Assembly (NCBI GenBank): GCA_965237525.1
Contig: CBDEFO010000008.1
Location: 1,952,001 to 2,016,000 of the forward strand
DNA from: Candidatus Latescibacterota bacterium
Lineage (GTDB): Bacteria; Latescibacterota; CBDEFO01
Length of the DNA stretch: 64,000 bases
Reading direction: 5' to 3'
Shown here: positions 62,836-64,000 of the stretch, one piece after another
How the letters are laid out: each line of letters begins with the position of its first letter
Numbering within the stretch: the first letter of the stretch is position 1
The notes under the pieces: model-generated
Database searches by the model: none
Told to the model about the DNA's origin: nothing
What the model saw: only the letters and a program-made list of their open reading frames with translations
Program-made: the position numbers and the translations under genes

Positions 62836-64000
62836 AAGCCTTGTGAAAAACCCTTAGATTCAGAAAATAGTATAAAACAAGCATTGATAAAGCAGCTCCG
62901 ATGTATTATATTATGTTATTGATAATATTATATATGGAGGAAACAATGACCCCACAAAAGCAGGAACAGACAAATCCGATGTTTCACTATTTTCAGATGG
63001 AGGATTTAGTTCCCGAGGATCATATCCTTCGTCAGATTGATGAGGCAGTTGATTTTTCATTTGTACGAGACGTTGTATCAGATTGTTATTGCCCTGACAA
63101 TGGCAGACCCGGTATTGATCCTGAATTAGTTGTTCGAATGATCCTTATTGGCTATCTGTATAATTTGAGTGAGAATCGGCTCTGTCAGGAAGTGGGGATG
63201 CATGCGGCATATCGGTTGTTTTGTCATCAGACATTTGATGATGCGGTTCCGGATAGGAGCACGATCAACAAGCTTCGCAATCACAAGTGGGCATCCAGTG
63301 GGTTGTTTGAACGGATAATGCGTCAGGTAGTCCAGTGTTGCATAGATGTCGGTGTTGTGAGCGGTAAACACCTTAGTGTCGACGGCACTCAGATACAAGC
63401 TGATGCTTCAGTGAAAAGTATTGAGCCGATAGAACCCCCTTTTTCTCTTGATGATTATCTCAAGGGAATCGGTTTTGAAGGTGATAAGACAAAGGGTAGG
63501 TCCGGGCATCCTCAGGATAAAGACTTTCATGGTGAAAAGTGGACGAACCAAACACACCGTTCGACTACAGACCCCGACGCGCGCTTATACAGCAAATCGA
63601 AGGGCAAAGGGGCTTTTCTCTCGTTTATGGGCCATGATCTGATCGACACAAAAAGCAGAGTAATCCTTGAGACTCAGGGCACGCAGGCGACAGGGACAGC
63701 AGAGCCCGAAAGTGCCCTTAAGATGGTAGATGACCTTGAAACATAGACCATGCCCAAAGACATTCAGACACTTAGTGCCGATACCGGTTACGGTTCTGGT
63801 AATTTTATCGCTGATGTACTTGACCGGGGAATCATACCCCATATTCCTCTGCGAGCCGATGAGAGGATTGAACCGATTCCTACATGGAAAAACAAGACAA
63901 ATCCAGCACATATTCAGGCCGAACGGGATAGAAAAGTGCGAGAGGCGAAAGCCAGAAATCATGCACGGTCTATCTCATTAACAGCTGACTACAAACTCTC
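62836..64000 (+). mobile_element. IS1182-family element, copy 4 (runs off the window; nonsense TAC>TAG at 63744-63746)
   Basis: ttaa followed by aagccttgtgaaaaaccc; near-identical to copies 1-3. Confidence 0.95.

Overview
Bacterial chromosome segment, probably from an FCB-group candidate phylum. Latescibacterota-like is an inference from the large FlgD-Ig/discoidin-type secreted proteins, FG-GAP lipoproteins and a Bacteroidetes-type bS22. Intact core blocks (DUF4340-bat operon, bS22-HU-sppA, mreBC-purH-purC, ytfI/ytfJ-like, rlmN) alternate with mosaic accessory DNA. The accessory DNA holds catabolic enzymes, secreted and FG-GAP proteins, many gene fragments and frameshifted genes, four IS1182-family copies, one IS481-like element and several MITE/REP families. 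Three observations stand out. (1) A 3,013-bp non-autonomous element with IS256-type ends and a 10-bp target duplication carries an LRR-Roc-COR-2TM (Roco) gene as cargo. (2) At five places, cargo DNA is bracketed by 100-380 bp diverged direct repeats of a neighbouring gene end, with no integrase nearby, suggesting insertion-duplication as the route of genome accretion. (3) A ~21-bp palindrome occurs at ten sites, including in-frame inside a gene and nested in a MITE. No rRNA, tRNA or CRISPR array was seen. All calls are by eye; no database search was run.
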